This document shows, piece by piece, positions 37,301-45,704 of a stretch of DNA of 56,423 bases. The stretch lies in the IMG/VR virus record IMGVR_UViG_3300024344_000016, positions 1 to 56,423 of that record. One strand, written 5' to 3'. A program made the translations under genes and the position numbers. Below the pieces are notes generated by a model, which did not search any database, had not been told where the DNA came from, and saw only the letters and a list, made by a program, of their open reading frames with translations. How positions within the stretch are numbered: the stretch's first letter is position 1; each line of letters starts with the position of its first letter. Origin of the DNA: a virus (lineage: Duplodnaviria > Caudoviricetes).

Positions 37301-39659
37301 TACAAAGGCTGTAGAAAAAACGTCAAAAACAGTAGAGAATCTAGACAAGACATTAACTACTCTTCAGGCTGAGTTTGCAGCACTTACCGAAACACTCAGA
37401 CAGCTCAATGATCCAGACAGCAAAGAAGCTAAGAAAGCGAAGGAACAAGATCAGGACGAGTTCGCGGCTTCGGCTGGTGGACAGGCACTTGCCACTATAA
37501 AAGACCAAGAGCAGGAAATGCGTTTTTCTGCCAATCAGGAGGGTGAGGGGTTTGTGGATGCCACAATGATAGCAGAAGAGAGGACGAAGCGTAGAGGTGG
37601 CGAGACCATCTCGCAGGAGGAGGGACAAGCGGCAAGAGATGAGAGAGCACGGATAATGACTCCAGAAGGTGAGGGCTTCACTGAAGGTAATATGGAGCTG
37701 GCAGACATGGGTACACCAGAGATCGCTCGGGCAGTTGCGGCGAGCATGGAGGGCAGTAGGGTGGCCGCAAGATCCGCTATAGGCACAGAGGAAGAAATAG
37801 CGGCAAGTCCAGAGCTACAGAAGCAGGCAGCGGCTTTGGAAGCCCAATTCCAGAGGGCGGTTGAGTTCGTTACCCAGAGACTCACTGGTATCCAAGAAGG
37901 AACCATAGAGTCCCAGTCTGGTGTTTCCGCAGGTAGCGGAGAAATTGCATCCGGTGATTTTGCTGGTGAGTTCGCGGACGGTATGACGATGTTCAGACAG
38001 GGAGCTGAAACCATCCTGAAGGCAGCCGAAGCTAACAAGGTTGCGGAAGAAAAAAGGAAACAGGCCGAAAAGCAGGCTGCCGATACCGCCGCAGGCAAGG
38101 CTCGGGGAGGTCTTATTTACAGAGCCGCTGGTGGAAGTATCTTCCAACCAAAGGGTACAGATACAGTTCCGGCTATGTTGACGCCCGGCGAGTTCGTGAT
38201 TCGTAAATCCGCAGTTGACAGGATTGGTGTTGGTGCTCTCTCTGCATTAAATAACGGTGTTGCTTATCACGCACAGGGTGGTGTTGTGGGTCTGCCAGAA
38301 GCGGGTGCTGCTGGACACGCCTTTATGGAGACTGTTGCTCAGGGAAATAAGGGTAATATGATCAAGTCTCTTCAGGTGGGCTTTGGTATGGGTGGTGCAG
38401 ACGCAAACAAAGCGTGGAAATACTTGGTTTTCCTGTCCAAGAAAGGTAAACTTGACTCTTCAAAGCTTGCTGGCTATAAGGACTTGGACGCTTCTCTGGA
38501 TATACTAAGGGCGACCGATGCACTGGAGTCGATTGGTGCCGGTTTAGGGGCAACTATTTTCAAACCGCTACAGGTGAACGACGTATACCCACTTGCCGCA
38601 GGTGCGTGGCAACCCAAAAAGGGTCCAACCGACGAGGCCAGAAAAAAGGTCCAAACCGTTATATCTAGATCACAGGCTCGTAGAGACAAGCTTAATAAGC
38701 TGTTGACTGATCTGACGAACGTGCAGGGCACGAATAGTGCGGGGCAGTTATTTGCTGGCGAGCTGGTATTTCAGGGCGGGTTTACAGCACAAAATATGTT
38801 CGATCAAATCCTCGACATATCTACTGATGTCGGTGCCGAACTTGTCCGCGAAAGAGGTAGATATGCCAGTATGGATACACAGTTCAAGCAGGCTGGTGAG
38901 ATTGATCCGAAGGGGAAGCCCACGGTAGCGGCGGTGGCTGCATGGACAAACCTGACTGGCGGTGGTGGTTTTGGGCCAATTTCCCAAGCGGCCAATGTTC
39001 AGACAGCGGCGGAGACAGCCAAAACCGCCAGAGACAAGGCGGCTCTGAAGGAGGATGCCACAGAGGGTATGGACGCCAGAGAGAGAAGAGCTTGGGAATG
39101 GCTGAACACTGCGGGAGTTTTGACACTAGCTAAAGGTGGATCTGTAGGTAACGTTCTCGATAGTGTTCCTGCGATGCTTACGCCGGGCGAGTTTGTCATG
39201 AGTCCCGAAGCGGTTAAAAAGCATGGTGTTGGGTACATGCGTGACCTCAACAGGGGTCGTGTTCCGGGCTTCAGGAGAGGTGGACTTGTTGGCCGTGGAG
39301 TTGCTTACAGAGCTAATGGAAGTTCAGGCCCAGAGTCTGGCGGTGGTGCGGTCTTGCAGATAGATCCCAGTCTTCTTCAGGGAGTTTTAGATAATTTTAA
39401 TGCACTCTTTAGCCAAAACCTCGATAATATAGTATCAAGCTTCTCTATGGTTAGTTCGTCAATGGATAACTTGGCGACAGCACTTGGGCAGCCCATCACA
39501 ATGAATCATAACTTCTCAGGAGACATGTCACTTGCCTTTAAGATCGAGAATGCCGATCATATCAAGAAGAGCTTTGCCGAAGCGATCACCCCAACACTGA
39601 CTAAGATTATAAGCGAAGAAGTTGACAAGAAGCTTAACGACATGAAAAATAACCCATAA
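28320..39659 (+). CDS. Giant tail tape measure protein, 3779 aa, multi-domain
   Basis: N-terminal TP901-type tape-measure core (AVEFEREM...LAQAG...TRESAETIATGFRTIFTRL), long Ala-rich helical regions, four DxVPxxLTPGE(F/Y)V motifs. Confidence 0.9.
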   Translation: MAERFNLTAQLQLQAPTNTAQVVNQINRDLGSVTINANIQADAKSLSAVSGQLKAVEKTAKSSSASMSNLNRNIAEAARRFSVITIATGSFIGLARAIKNSVGAAVEFEREMIRISQVTGNSVSQLEGLGKEVTRLSTSLGVANQSLLETSRILAQAGLSALKTKQAMEVLANTTLAPSFDNIIDTTEGAIAILNQFGREAAKTGQDIQFLEQALDAINKVSKTFAVESKDLITAVRRTGGVFEAAGGSLNELIALFTSVRQTTRESAETIATGFRTIFTRLQRKETLEALDQLGISLSDVNGKFIGPLKAIEALANGLAGLDPKDVRFNEIVEQLGGFRQIGKVIPLIKQYAVAEQALSVANSSAGDTAKDARIAQQSLAVQFQKVREQFDALMRKFADSETFRSLAGTVLQLAEAFLKFAAALEPILPMLTTLAAIKIGRSLAPGLAGLFGGGGGGKQFGGVVSKFASGGWVPGTGNRDTVPAMLTPGEFVIKKSSARKLGEDQLSSMNRYAGGGVASHKEGKPYVSFADQTFFKKKGQTFQNSPAGRRGATKFNENDDFAYDLDVENVELHKVSPKKLEGVPAWKEYTQAAASLNDQARGLAFERVLEGLGRVKLTGGNSRIDGMVGSQVTEIKSLREGLDESNLNNKMLGAAVNPLSSVDRNVVPKLTNTQLTDQKNTVDLGSLKVLRDKTKVDLDKKAAKQLEEGGGKGAGNIKGAQLSLGRERQKMFGGIIQKFAEGGIAKAKKVGAAILDADTAQPDDTAKVTVDEINKKFPAFKNLKKGASPVSQLYKSTDFSIIRQGLSESTSKNFQQALNDGLVSGTDAATAALASDLGTGASTIDEGSKQNFIKTVRPAIRGDLFEAALLAMNNKGTFDDALDPGRPFDFPGGLKGSLKDNWSNMPSAWVDAKSSYEAAGSANMKGKIVKQIVNELKAQGVEEMETGTKKDKEARAARAAQQNEAKKRNKGGSVWGTDSVPSLLTPGEYVINKSSAQSIGYGNLNKMNQTGVARFASGGLVGVSKFADGGPVGGIDKNVASVDLSQFAREAPKAAQMMAQFTKGLADAYVGMTAYKQAIADGQTEAEALNMASSAVEKAMYKVEPEYKAAVESNKKLTAEQEKVSSTSKLLEADLKHESAALKQKAAIDQKYHALRQQGIPALAARKIAIEAQIEQDGVLLQTKQRLNAALAGRADEAAAGGGGGAGAGAGGGGGGMMNLDFGKIQSGLDKFATKVEGTGNVLSRLGSGLIGVSFMAGTLIQGMGGLSDAQKEQEQAGLAAAAAHGAVILEAGSFAIQLAAGTARILSNLAAKAQEFQATQAAAASELEEAAANVASSSTEQEEAIANTLSATSEQGETVANTASTASEYAEFGANVASSASEMSEVVANASAVTSEMGEVAANALAVSSEMTEVGANFQAAMSEMAEVGANAKAVIAEMSEVAANATAVQAEMAEVTANAAAVQAEMAEVAANSAAVEAELAEVQANALAIRTEFQEAVANVQAARTEDAESAMNAMAVKAEGEELIANQQAARLEYVEAQANSMAARLEYQEAGANQLAVQSEQAEVQANALSIQSEGTKQAANARTVQALAFLMVEAAKVNQSFMHLVVAMGATWQNMAALSTHTRTAAIESAFLAQGLGLTIPEIEALGMAAAQASSQLLTGVGGPAAIGAAPAAGAAPVAGHIAGPARMALPAPGAGSVLGGAGAGAASSAELTAFTANLTGANVALEQTTAGLLTSNTTTNTKTAADETAVATTAMRVNADESLIAATAGLDTSLIGTEISAAQAAAAQEFFATATSSTAGTAGLLGVNLDKTAISTMLAGTGMEGLSISAMAAELGMSETALASLLMANASTASATELMAAGAAADLMAVAQGGAATNAGLLGVSLGSADAAATAQVAGSTALIGANEAAAISGAQVAVSNAGVEVTNAGLIASGLGASVAQDGVMIAASGAGTALGAIGVEAAALGLGLNGALIALLANSLGVNADTLAKAINTVVTEAETAAKTKGVIATWMSTAAEKMKAATMGIMIVVMVAAIAAMIAYMKAIYQTTKAVTALKQMVSNLNDAADSMIENLKESGTGTEQEFVDARSGAAVKEFEAALIDSAKSSIAWSEAAYVGGSSLAAGLAAIAAAGMLTSWTGVGLAVAGVATALSFAVTMLYNSGDRVNKAMGEVISAQEQQARKIMAISALQAVTTWRAVKALQGFETALKDAEKAGLSAGEQLIVIGNESKGLVEEYEAGQQRMAAASTGRADLQKELESRGVLTAGGTEIEGADTTGQEENLAAYKEITKQEQEARKAQNDLLNQILAQEAQVRRKLQTAVGELVSDLSKTAPQKLNKVTNFDQLLKADKDFQDQYKKGIETVNAAIDLSFKARIEEAKKLGQTTKAATLEAQRDKQKAIADVQVRKAAMERVLAEQKARQAILRNEIVMRAQRRAIEDVNTTMEGFNNTLLGATNTAAAFAAIDPTIALAQGKGPDAATFDTDALSVPFSQIDPKILDKALEQGVSGITMGIGSNVPGGGDAVDKEIEDRANRIKKRVQTVHGLVDAIPDALGKLVTQPMPIDTAGVKAMQSKLFKDINKAVGGGLTTGGVANELGTIVQEGINELIDKGEPITMEAIQNLVGDIEGFGEEQLEAFKRSIEIQNKFLTEIDKINSAIIEAEMKVAEAFGKVADTRSRVADRQESAVQGGRVSTTATDIRAARQRRERGRRAGAQQRLGTDALAAGARAGDVNATTNALKQLQAQAKQNADAARTETDALKKAGLNDAAKRNAAAANRATKELERLANQSARAADIEKELAAERASRKQVGQVVEDFAFGSDEERVNMGQAFATTQLAINQGGIQNATSEERAQVASVLDKLSDVENVGGSGKTGAELKAQFARDEAVAQGIDPAIADALLKPSKSEQQLLKELNQLGKDEIAAANALAENAKSQVQLLEDIRDELKNNFERDINRGQRQGTQASNATQQRKQDAKVLKAYNKVTKAVEKTSKTVENLDKTLTTLQAEFAALTETLRQLNDPDSKEAKKAKEQDQDEFAASAGGQALATIKDQEQEMRFSANQEGEGFVDATMIAEERTKRRGGETISQEEGQAARDERARIMTPEGEGFTEGNMELADMGTPEIARAVAASMEGSRVAARSAIGTEEEIAASPELQKQAAALEAQFQRAVEFVTQRLTGIQEGTIESQSGVSAGSGEIASGDFAGEFADGMTMFRQGAETILKAAEANKVAEEKRKQAEKQAADTAAGKARGGLIYRAAGGSIFQPKGTDTVPAMLTPGEFVIRKSAVDRIGVGALSALNNGVAYHAQGGVVGLPEAGAAGHAFMETVAQGNKGNMIKSLQVGFGMGGADANKAWKYLVFLSKKGKLDSSKLAGYKDLDASLDILRATDALESIGAGLGATIFKPLQVNDVYPLAAGAWQPKKGPTDEARKKVQTVISRSQARRDKLNKLLTDLTNVQGTNSAGQLFAGELVFQGGFTAQNMFDQILDISTDVGAELVRERGRYASMDTQFKQAGEIDPKGKPTVAAVAAWTNLTGGGGFGPISQAANVQTAAETAKTARDKAALKEDATEGMDARERRAWEWLNTAGVLTLAKGGSVGNVLDSVPAMLTPGEFVMSPEAVKKHGVGYMRDLNRGRVPGFRRGGLVGRGVAYRANGSSGPESGGGAVLQIDPSLLQGVLDNFNALFSQNLDNIVSSFSMVSSSMDNLATALGQPITMNHNFSGDMSLAFKIENADHIKKSFAEAITPTLTKIISEEVDKKLNDMKNNP
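32298..33095 (+). repeat. 19 x 14-aa (42-bp) tandem repeats within the tape measure protein
   Basis: xExxExxANxxxxx units such as AEMAEVAANSAAVE, with invariant E2 and N9. Confidence 0.85.
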
Positions 39660-39668
39660 GGACGGACA

Positions 39669-40385
39669 ATGCCATTTGCAACACATACCCCATTAACGAC
39701 GCTTGTGATCACGGGAGGTCCGACCCGCACAATGCCTCTAAATGCAAAGGGTCCGACTGCATGGGATAAGACAGCCTCACTTTTTATGGCCGCTCCGCCC
39801 GAAGGACGGACAACTTTGTGGATTGGAGTGTCCCCAAATGTTCGTGCGAGTGGTGATGCGGCACTATACGTCAATGGATCATATGCAACCGATGGTAGTG
39901 ACCCCCCTGTTGGGGGTGCCTATGAGGGAAACGCTACTTTAGCAATACCCGCGACAGCCGGATTTCCAGATGACAAGAGATTCAATCTACATATCGAGTC
40001 GTATTTAATAGGGAGCGGTATAAACACGGCACCGCTTTTTCTGCCCGTTCCTGAAAAAGATCCGTATCCCACAGCAAGCACAACAGCCGATCTGGTGGTT
40101 GCTGGCGACGTTGCGTCCGCAGGCTCTGCACCGGGTACGACGACGGCCAATGCTACACTGGCTATCGAGAGCAACATCGAAAACAACGACAACGCACCAC
40201 TACATATAGAAAAAGATTTTAACACCTCTACTCACACAACATTATACATAAATAACAGGATGGGCAGCGGACACCTGCCTCTAGCAATGGAAAGCACCTA
40301 TGTGTCAAGTGACAACGCCCCACTAATTATAAGAACACCTCCTTCGGGGAATATATCATTGTACACCTCGGGTTATCTGGAGTAA
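39669..40385 (+). CDS. Hypothetical tail-associated protein
   Basis: Follows the tape measure gene; recurring (A/T)(P/T)L(F/Y/H)I short motifs. Confidence 0.6.
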   Translation: MPFATHTPLTTLVITGGPTRTMPLNAKGPTAWDKTASLFMAAPPEGRTTLWIGVSPNVRASGDAALYVNGSYATDGSDPPVGGAYEGNATLAIPATAGFPDDKRFNLHIESYLIGSGINTAPLFLPVPEKDPYPTASTTADLVVAGDVASAGSAPGTTTANATLAIESNIENNDNAPLHIEKDFNTSTHTTLYINNRMGSGHLPLAMESTYVSSDNAPLIIRTPPSGNISLYTSGYLE

Positions 40386-40388
40386 GAA

Positions 40389-41807
40389 ATGGCTATTACA
40401 TTTACACCACAAAGTGGATCAGCTCTGACTATAGGCGGTCAGTCTAGCGGTACTATATCCGGTCCCTTTCCTAATTTTTCTGTAAGTAAAGAGGTTAGAA
40501 GACAGGACGGCCTCATTCTTGGGGAAAAGTTTACTATCAATATCACCGGCGTGGCATTGATCACCAGCGGTGCGTCTCATACGACAAAAGGTGCAAGACA
40601 GGCCGCACTTATCACTATTGCGAACAACATTGTCACTGCGGCTATTGGGGCGGCAGGAACCCTACAGATAACTGGGTATGGTGGTAGCGGTAGCATGTCC
40701 TTTAGTAACTGCATACTGGTGAGTGCTGAGGCACAAGATCAGGACGAAGCTACTATGGGTACTCAGAATCAGCCCTACTCCTTTACGTTTGAAGCCACTA
40801 GTGGTGCTGGTGCCGATGTAGGAAGCGGACTTTTGGAAAGTTTTGAGGAAAGTTGGGACTCTTCGGTTCAGGAGGGGCCATATTCTTATAATGGTGGGGC
40901 TGCTTATAGGACATGGACTGTAACTCATTCTGTTAGTGCACAGGCTGTTAATCCCTACCCCGACGACAGTGCTATGGGCTGGGTTGTCGCAAAGAGTTAT
41001 GTTGATAGTAAACTTGTATCCGATCCTTTTGGCGGCGGCCTCACAGACCAAAGAAACCAGAGTGTCACTGTCGACACCGCCAGCGGACTCACGGCGTATA
41101 ACCATGTGCGTCAAAGAACACAGAACATAGCTACGGGAAGTTACAGTGTCCAAGACACTTGGGTAGGAAGTCCATATCCAGCCTCGCATACGGTTGAGTA
41201 TTCGCTGAATCTTGATGCCACTGCTGAATACAATACCGTAGATGTAAACGTGTCGGCTCAGGGGTATGAGTCGGGCGGTCCCGAATCAGGAGCCACGTCT
41301 TCCAAATACAGCAACGCACAAAACGGGTGGGGATCGATTAAAACCGCTGCCGAGAATGGTGCTACAGCTTTTTATTCGTCAGCCGGAGGCACAGGCACAC
41401 TTCGTACTATCAAACGGGCAACGTCAGAGTCTCACAACGAAACAGACGGTAGCCTGAACTACACTTGCACCTTTGATGATGCAAAGATACATTATCCGAA
41501 TGCTATTTCCGAGTCTCTAACTGTTACTTACAATAACGAGGATGCCTTAAATCAAGTTGTTGTTGTTATTCCTGTCTTGGAAAAGCCTGATGGTCCCGTC
41601 ATTCAGGATATGCAAACCACCAATGAAAAGACTGTATCCGCGTCACTTGATCTTGGTATGAATAGAGACAGCAGAACTGCTAAACCAAACGGCGATTCGT
41701 TAGTAGGTGCCTATGCTCCAGCGGGTGGATACCGAAGGTCGAGAACCGAGAGCTGGAATCCGTATAGTGGTAGCTATAACTTGTCAGTAGAATGGGTGTA
41801 CGTGTAA
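40389..41807 (+). CDS. Tail tip / distal tail-like protein
   Basis: Ser/Thr/Gly-rich beta protein downstream of the tape measure gene. Confidence 0.55.
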   Translation: MAITFTPQSGSALTIGGQSSGTISGPFPNFSVSKEVRRQDGLILGEKFTINITGVALITSGASHTTKGARQAALITIANNIVTAAIGAAGTLQITGYGGSGSMSFSNCILVSAEAQDQDEATMGTQNQPYSFTFEATSGAGADVGSGLLESFEESWDSSVQEGPYSYNGGAAYRTWTVTHSVSAQAVNPYPDDSAMGWVVAKSYVDSKLVSDPFGGGLTDQRNQSVTVDTASGLTAYNHVRQRTQNIATGSYSVQDTWVGSPYPASHTVEYSLNLDATAEYNTVDVNVSAQGYESGGPESGATSSKYSNAQNGWGSIKTAAENGATAFYSSAGGTGTLRTIKRATSESHNETDGSLNYTCTFDDAKIHYPNAISESLTVTYNNEDALNQVVVVIPVLEKPDGPVIQDMQTTNEKTVSASLDLGMNRDSRTAKPNGDSLVGAYAPAGGYRRSRTESWNPYSGSYNLSVEWVYV

Positions 41808-44369
41808 ATGACAACTCCACCAAAAATGTTTGACGCCTACGTTTCTAGCTGTTCCTCCAGTATAGGGTGGGGAGGTCAAGGCGGCTCTTTGAGCATGAAG
41901 CTTATCGAAGACCCAGATAATGGTGTAACCATCAGTCTTCCAGACTTGGGAACCCCTGTTTATTTTAAGTACGGAACTTTTTATGTCGGAGGTTTGTTTC
42001 AGAGGTTCACATACAGCGAAAGCGTTAGCGGTGGTAGGGTTTATGACATTGTTATTGAGTCTCCATCCAAACTAATGGACGGCGTTCAGTGTGTGATAGA
42101 GAACTTCATGGGAACTACTGATTACTTTCTAAGTGGTGCAAACCAAGGGTTTTTCAGTACAAACATACTTAGTACCAATCTCATCTATGGAAATATTGAG
42201 AACGTTTATAACTTGTTTGGATTTTATGAAAACCCCTACTACGGCGGGTATTTTGGGGGATCGAATTTTAATAGTTCGGGCATGGAAGTCGATGCGGCAC
42301 TGTTTGCACTTGGGACGCTTGCCCAAAGGGGATCTCCCCATCCTCTGGGGGGTCCGGTGAATATCAATGGAAACTTTATTAATGTCAATGTGGATGTTCT
42401 GTTCCAAACGGTACAGGGTATATGGAATGTTTCACAAGACGCATACAGAATCAAAGGACCATCAAAAAGTATTAATGGTTTAGTCTCTGAGATATGTGAA
42501 GCTATACAGCTAGACTATTTTTATGATATTGTGCCAGATCCTGTCACTCAGGGTGCCGATGCCACTGGCCAACTTCCTGACGGTGGCGGTGAAATAACCG
42601 ATCCTACGGTCGTGGTAAAAGTTGTCTCAAAACAAGCACAACCAACACCAGATGCGATTGAGCAATTTATAACAACTAGAAAAGCCACCGGTGATGTTAT
42701 ATCCTACAGTATGGGTAAAGAGTTCGGAGATGCGACGACTCAAAAACTTGTCTGGGGAGGTAGAAGGACTAGATATCAGGTGATTCATTCATCAATGTGC
42801 TCTCCAATCTGGGGAAAAAGTGCAGGAGGTATGTATAACACTCAGGGTCCGACAGCTCTTGTGCACTCACATCCATCAAGACAAATTACTATTAGCTTAG
42901 GCAACGATTTTAACAACGCTCCGTGGCAAGCCACCCTGTTTGAAATAAGAATGGCAATGCAGGGCAAGCAGAGCTGGGAAATTTTCAAGACTTTTGAAAC
43001 TATCGCTGGATGCGAGCCTAATGGCTATAACAACATATTCACATGCCCTTGGACCGGTGCTTTTGACGCCACTAAGGATGTTTTGAATATGCTGGCCAAT
43101 GGGGCGGGAAATGCCGCAGACACTATTCTAACAAGCAAAGAACCGGGTAGAAAACAGTATCAAAAATCAGCCAATGAATTGGGAGATAAAATCTTCGCCG
43201 CAGTATCTAATGTTTCCAACAATTATTACTGCCAACAATTTCTGGTTCCACTCGCTGGCGAGTCAACGTCTCGGGCACAAATGGAATACGTCCCTCCCGG
43301 TAGTTATGAAATAGTCAAGGCTTGGGAAATCTCGGACGCCGCTTTTCTGCAACTACCGATGGCTGCTGATATAAAATTCCGAGACGGGCAGGGAAAGCAA
43401 AAAAGCATGTGCGGATGGGGTCAGAACCCAAATTATGACTATAGTGGACTGGGTAGCGACTATGACGTTGGTTTGATGGACTTTGCAGGGACGATAGTTT
43501 CCACCAAAGGAAGCCCCGACAAGGAGCAGATGTGGGACGGATGGGGCCATTGGGTTCCCTTTAATGCTGGTGCTACGGTAAAATCTTGGGACCATATTAC
43601 GACTCCAGATTTTGGACTCAGCGTTTTGGCTTCTTACTTCTTTGGTCTCACTGTACCGCCATCGAGTTATTTCGATGCCAATTTTAACGGAGCATTGCAG
43701 TTTGCTATTCCTCCCGATAATGTGATCCCAGAAGGGTTCGGCATACCACAAGAGAGCACACGATATAACTATGGACCGTGGGTCACTTTGATACCAAGTT
43801 TTTCTCCTGAAGGCAAAGCGGAAGTTATCGCTGATGAGTCTATGCGTCCAGAGGTATTTGGTGGGTACGCTAACTTACAAGCTATAGGAGGTGTTGTTGC
43901 CACGGCGGGTGTCGCACGGATGACCGCCAACGAAAGTGGAACCTTAGAGCTAGTTGGGAAACCAGAAGGGGCGATAGGGGAAAGATTTGCTAATTCTGGT
44001 CCTTACTGCACAAATATAGACGTTAGTATCGACGCGACAGGAGGCATTAAAACATCTTACAAGTTTAATACATGGACACCAAACTTCGGCAAGCTAGCCA
44101 AGTACAATATAGACAGGATAGCAAGCATAAACAAAGCCTCTTGGAACTTTGCCAAGAAGCTGAGAGACCGAGTGGAAAAAAGACCATTCCCTAAACACAA
44201 GTTTGAAAAAATGGATCTCTCGCAAGCCAAGAGACATCAGGCCCCCAACGTGGGTGCGATTAATGGTGTGCTAGGACCGGGTAAACAGGTTAATCACAAT
44301 AAGCTTGGTGTTCAGGGTGGTGGAGCCGCTGGTAACGCAAACATGCCCGGTTTAGGAAATCTCGCATAG
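41808..44369 (+). CDS. Tail tip hub/baseplate-like protein
   Basis: 853 aa; SSSIGWGGQGGSLSMKLIED N-terminus; position in the tail-tip module. Confidence 0.55.
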   Translation: MTTPPKMFDAYVSSCSSSIGWGGQGGSLSMKLIEDPDNGVTISLPDLGTPVYFKYGTFYVGGLFQRFTYSESVSGGRVYDIVIESPSKLMDGVQCVIENFMGTTDYFLSGANQGFFSTNILSTNLIYGNIENVYNLFGFYENPYYGGYFGGSNFNSSGMEVDAALFALGTLAQRGSPHPLGGPVNINGNFINVNVDVLFQTVQGIWNVSQDAYRIKGPSKSINGLVSEICEAIQLDYFYDIVPDPVTQGADATGQLPDGGGEITDPTVVVKVVSKQAQPTPDAIEQFITTRKATGDVISYSMGKEFGDATTQKLVWGGRRTRYQVIHSSMCSPIWGKSAGGMYNTQGPTALVHSHPSRQITISLGNDFNNAPWQATLFEIRMAMQGKQSWEIFKTFETIAGCEPNGYNNIFTCPWTGAFDATKDVLNMLANGAGNAADTILTSKEPGRKQYQKSANELGDKIFAAVSNVSNNYYCQQFLVPLAGESTSRAQMEYVPPGSYEIVKAWEISDAAFLQLPMAADIKFRDGQGKQKSMCGWGQNPNYDYSGLGSDYDVGLMDFAGTIVSTKGSPDKEQMWDGWGHWVPFNAGATVKSWDHITTPDFGLSVLASYFFGLTVPPSSYFDANFNGALQFAIPPDNVIPEGFGIPQESTRYNYGPWVTLIPSFSPEGKAEVIADESMRPEVFGGYANLQAIGGVVATAGVARMTANESGTLELVGKPEGAIGERFANSGPYCTNIDVSIDATGGIKTSYKFNTWTPNFGKLAKYNIDRIASINKASWNFAKKLRDRVEKRPFPKHKFEKMDLSQAKRHQAPNVGAINGVLGPGKQVNHNKLGVQGGGAAGNANMPGLGNLA

Positions 44370-44381
44370 AGGAACGATATT

Positions 44382-45611
44382 ATGCCAATGGACGTATCTT
44401 GTAGCTTTGGGGCAATTAGTGACTCCGCAGGTATTTATGGCGTACAGCCTCAGAATACGGCAGTCAACTCCCAAGAACAAATCTTTTCTCCGGTCTTGAT
44501 TCGCAAGGGTATAGCGTATCCGCAGCATATTGCTGCTTTCGAGTCTCCGGGTTGGACTTCCTCTGAAAGTGGCCCCTTTGGAAACAATCAAGTTGGACCC
44601 ACAAGAAACGAGTTAGATCCATATTTTTCAACGGTCTTTGGGGATGATGGCACTGAATGGATTAAAGAGTGTGACTTCCAAATGATGGTCAACGATGGGC
44701 AGCCCGTCAAAGGTTCTGCGGGGGATGAACTCAACATCAGAAAGGTTGACCGAGAGACTATCGATCAGGTTGTTGTTAATGGTTTTAGAGGCCCCCTCGT
44801 CTTATCTGGATGGGGATTTGATATTTGCGACAGACCCGTTCCCCCCAAAGCGTGGGATGAACCATTTGCGTTTGACGAAGAGGTGGTAAACGACAGGTCA
44901 AAATGGAAAACCGGCCCCGTGAATCTACAGTGGGACGACGAGAGAAAGGTGTGGCAAGGCGGCCCACAGATACTGTGTGGTGTGGCTTCGGGAGGAGTTC
45001 CGGCAGCATCCAGCCCTTGTTCACCGGCAAGTTTCACGATGAAGGTTTTTAGAAAGTCAGAGACGGGCCTTGACGCATGTGTGCTTGGGGAGACTGTTAC
45101 AGTGATAAACAGAGACCCGAGTCTTTCTCAATCCGCTGTGACGGGCATGGTTTTTGTTGTTGCCGTGAGAATCAATTACGAATGGATACCTATTTGGGTA
45201 GGATGTCCAGAAGGACCGCCGCCAGAGACTCCCCCCCCTTGTACAGATTGTACCCAGTCTGGCACGACTAATCAAGGAGGAGGATATGATCCGCCGAGCA
45301 GTCTGGCTGGTCAAGCGTCTGAGCCGGATCGATGGTTGGATCAATGTGGAAATTACCACTATTATGATCCCAGAACAGGCCGAGAATGGATGGAATCGGC
45401 ACCACCAGAAGAGTGGAGATACAAATGGTGCGAATGGAGATCACACGATGAAAACGGAAACTTTTATGCAGATGGTCCGATGTTATTCTGTACAGATCGT
45501 CAGGACGACGACACTGAAAAGAATCTTGGGCCTGCCGCTGACTCGATGTTTGATGATCCGTCTTTGAAACCCTTTGTGGACCAGAAAGATCATCCCCCCG
45601 ACTGTTCATAG
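44382..45611 (+). CDS. Tail-associated protein with Pro/Cys hinge and distinct C-terminal domain
   Basis: KWKTGPVNLQWDDERKVW core; GCPEGPPPETPPPCTDC linker. Confidence 0.55.
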   Translation: MPMDVSCSFGAISDSAGIYGVQPQNTAVNSQEQIFSPVLIRKGIAYPQHIAAFESPGWTSSESGPFGNNQVGPTRNELDPYFSTVFGDDGTEWIKECDFQMMVNDGQPVKGSAGDELNIRKVDRETIDQVVVNGFRGPLVLSGWGFDICDRPVPPKAWDEPFAFDEEVVNDRSKWKTGPVNLQWDDERKVWQGGPQILCGVASGGVPAASSPCSPASFTMKVFRKSETGLDACVLGETVTVINRDPSLSQSAVTGMVFVVAVRINYEWIPIWVGCPEGPPPETPPPCTDCTQSGTTNQGGGYDPPSSLAGQASEPDRWLDQCGNYHYYDPRTGREWMESAPPEEWRYKWCEWRSHDENGNFYADGPMLFCTDRQDDDTEKNLGPAADSMFDDPSLKPFVDQKDHPPDCS

Positions 45612-45660
45612 CCTTTAATCGGCAGCAAAAGCCGCAGATTTAGGCAAGAAAGTAAATAAA

Positions 45661-45670
45661 TGTGTATACT
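45661..45670 (+). promoter_or_regulatory. Putative late promoter TGTGTATACT
   Basis: Intergenic, ~35 bp before a gene with a strong AAGGAG RBS. Confidence 0.6.
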
Positions 45671-45704
45671 ATAATAAGAGTTTATTACCAAGGAGAACTT
45701 AAAA

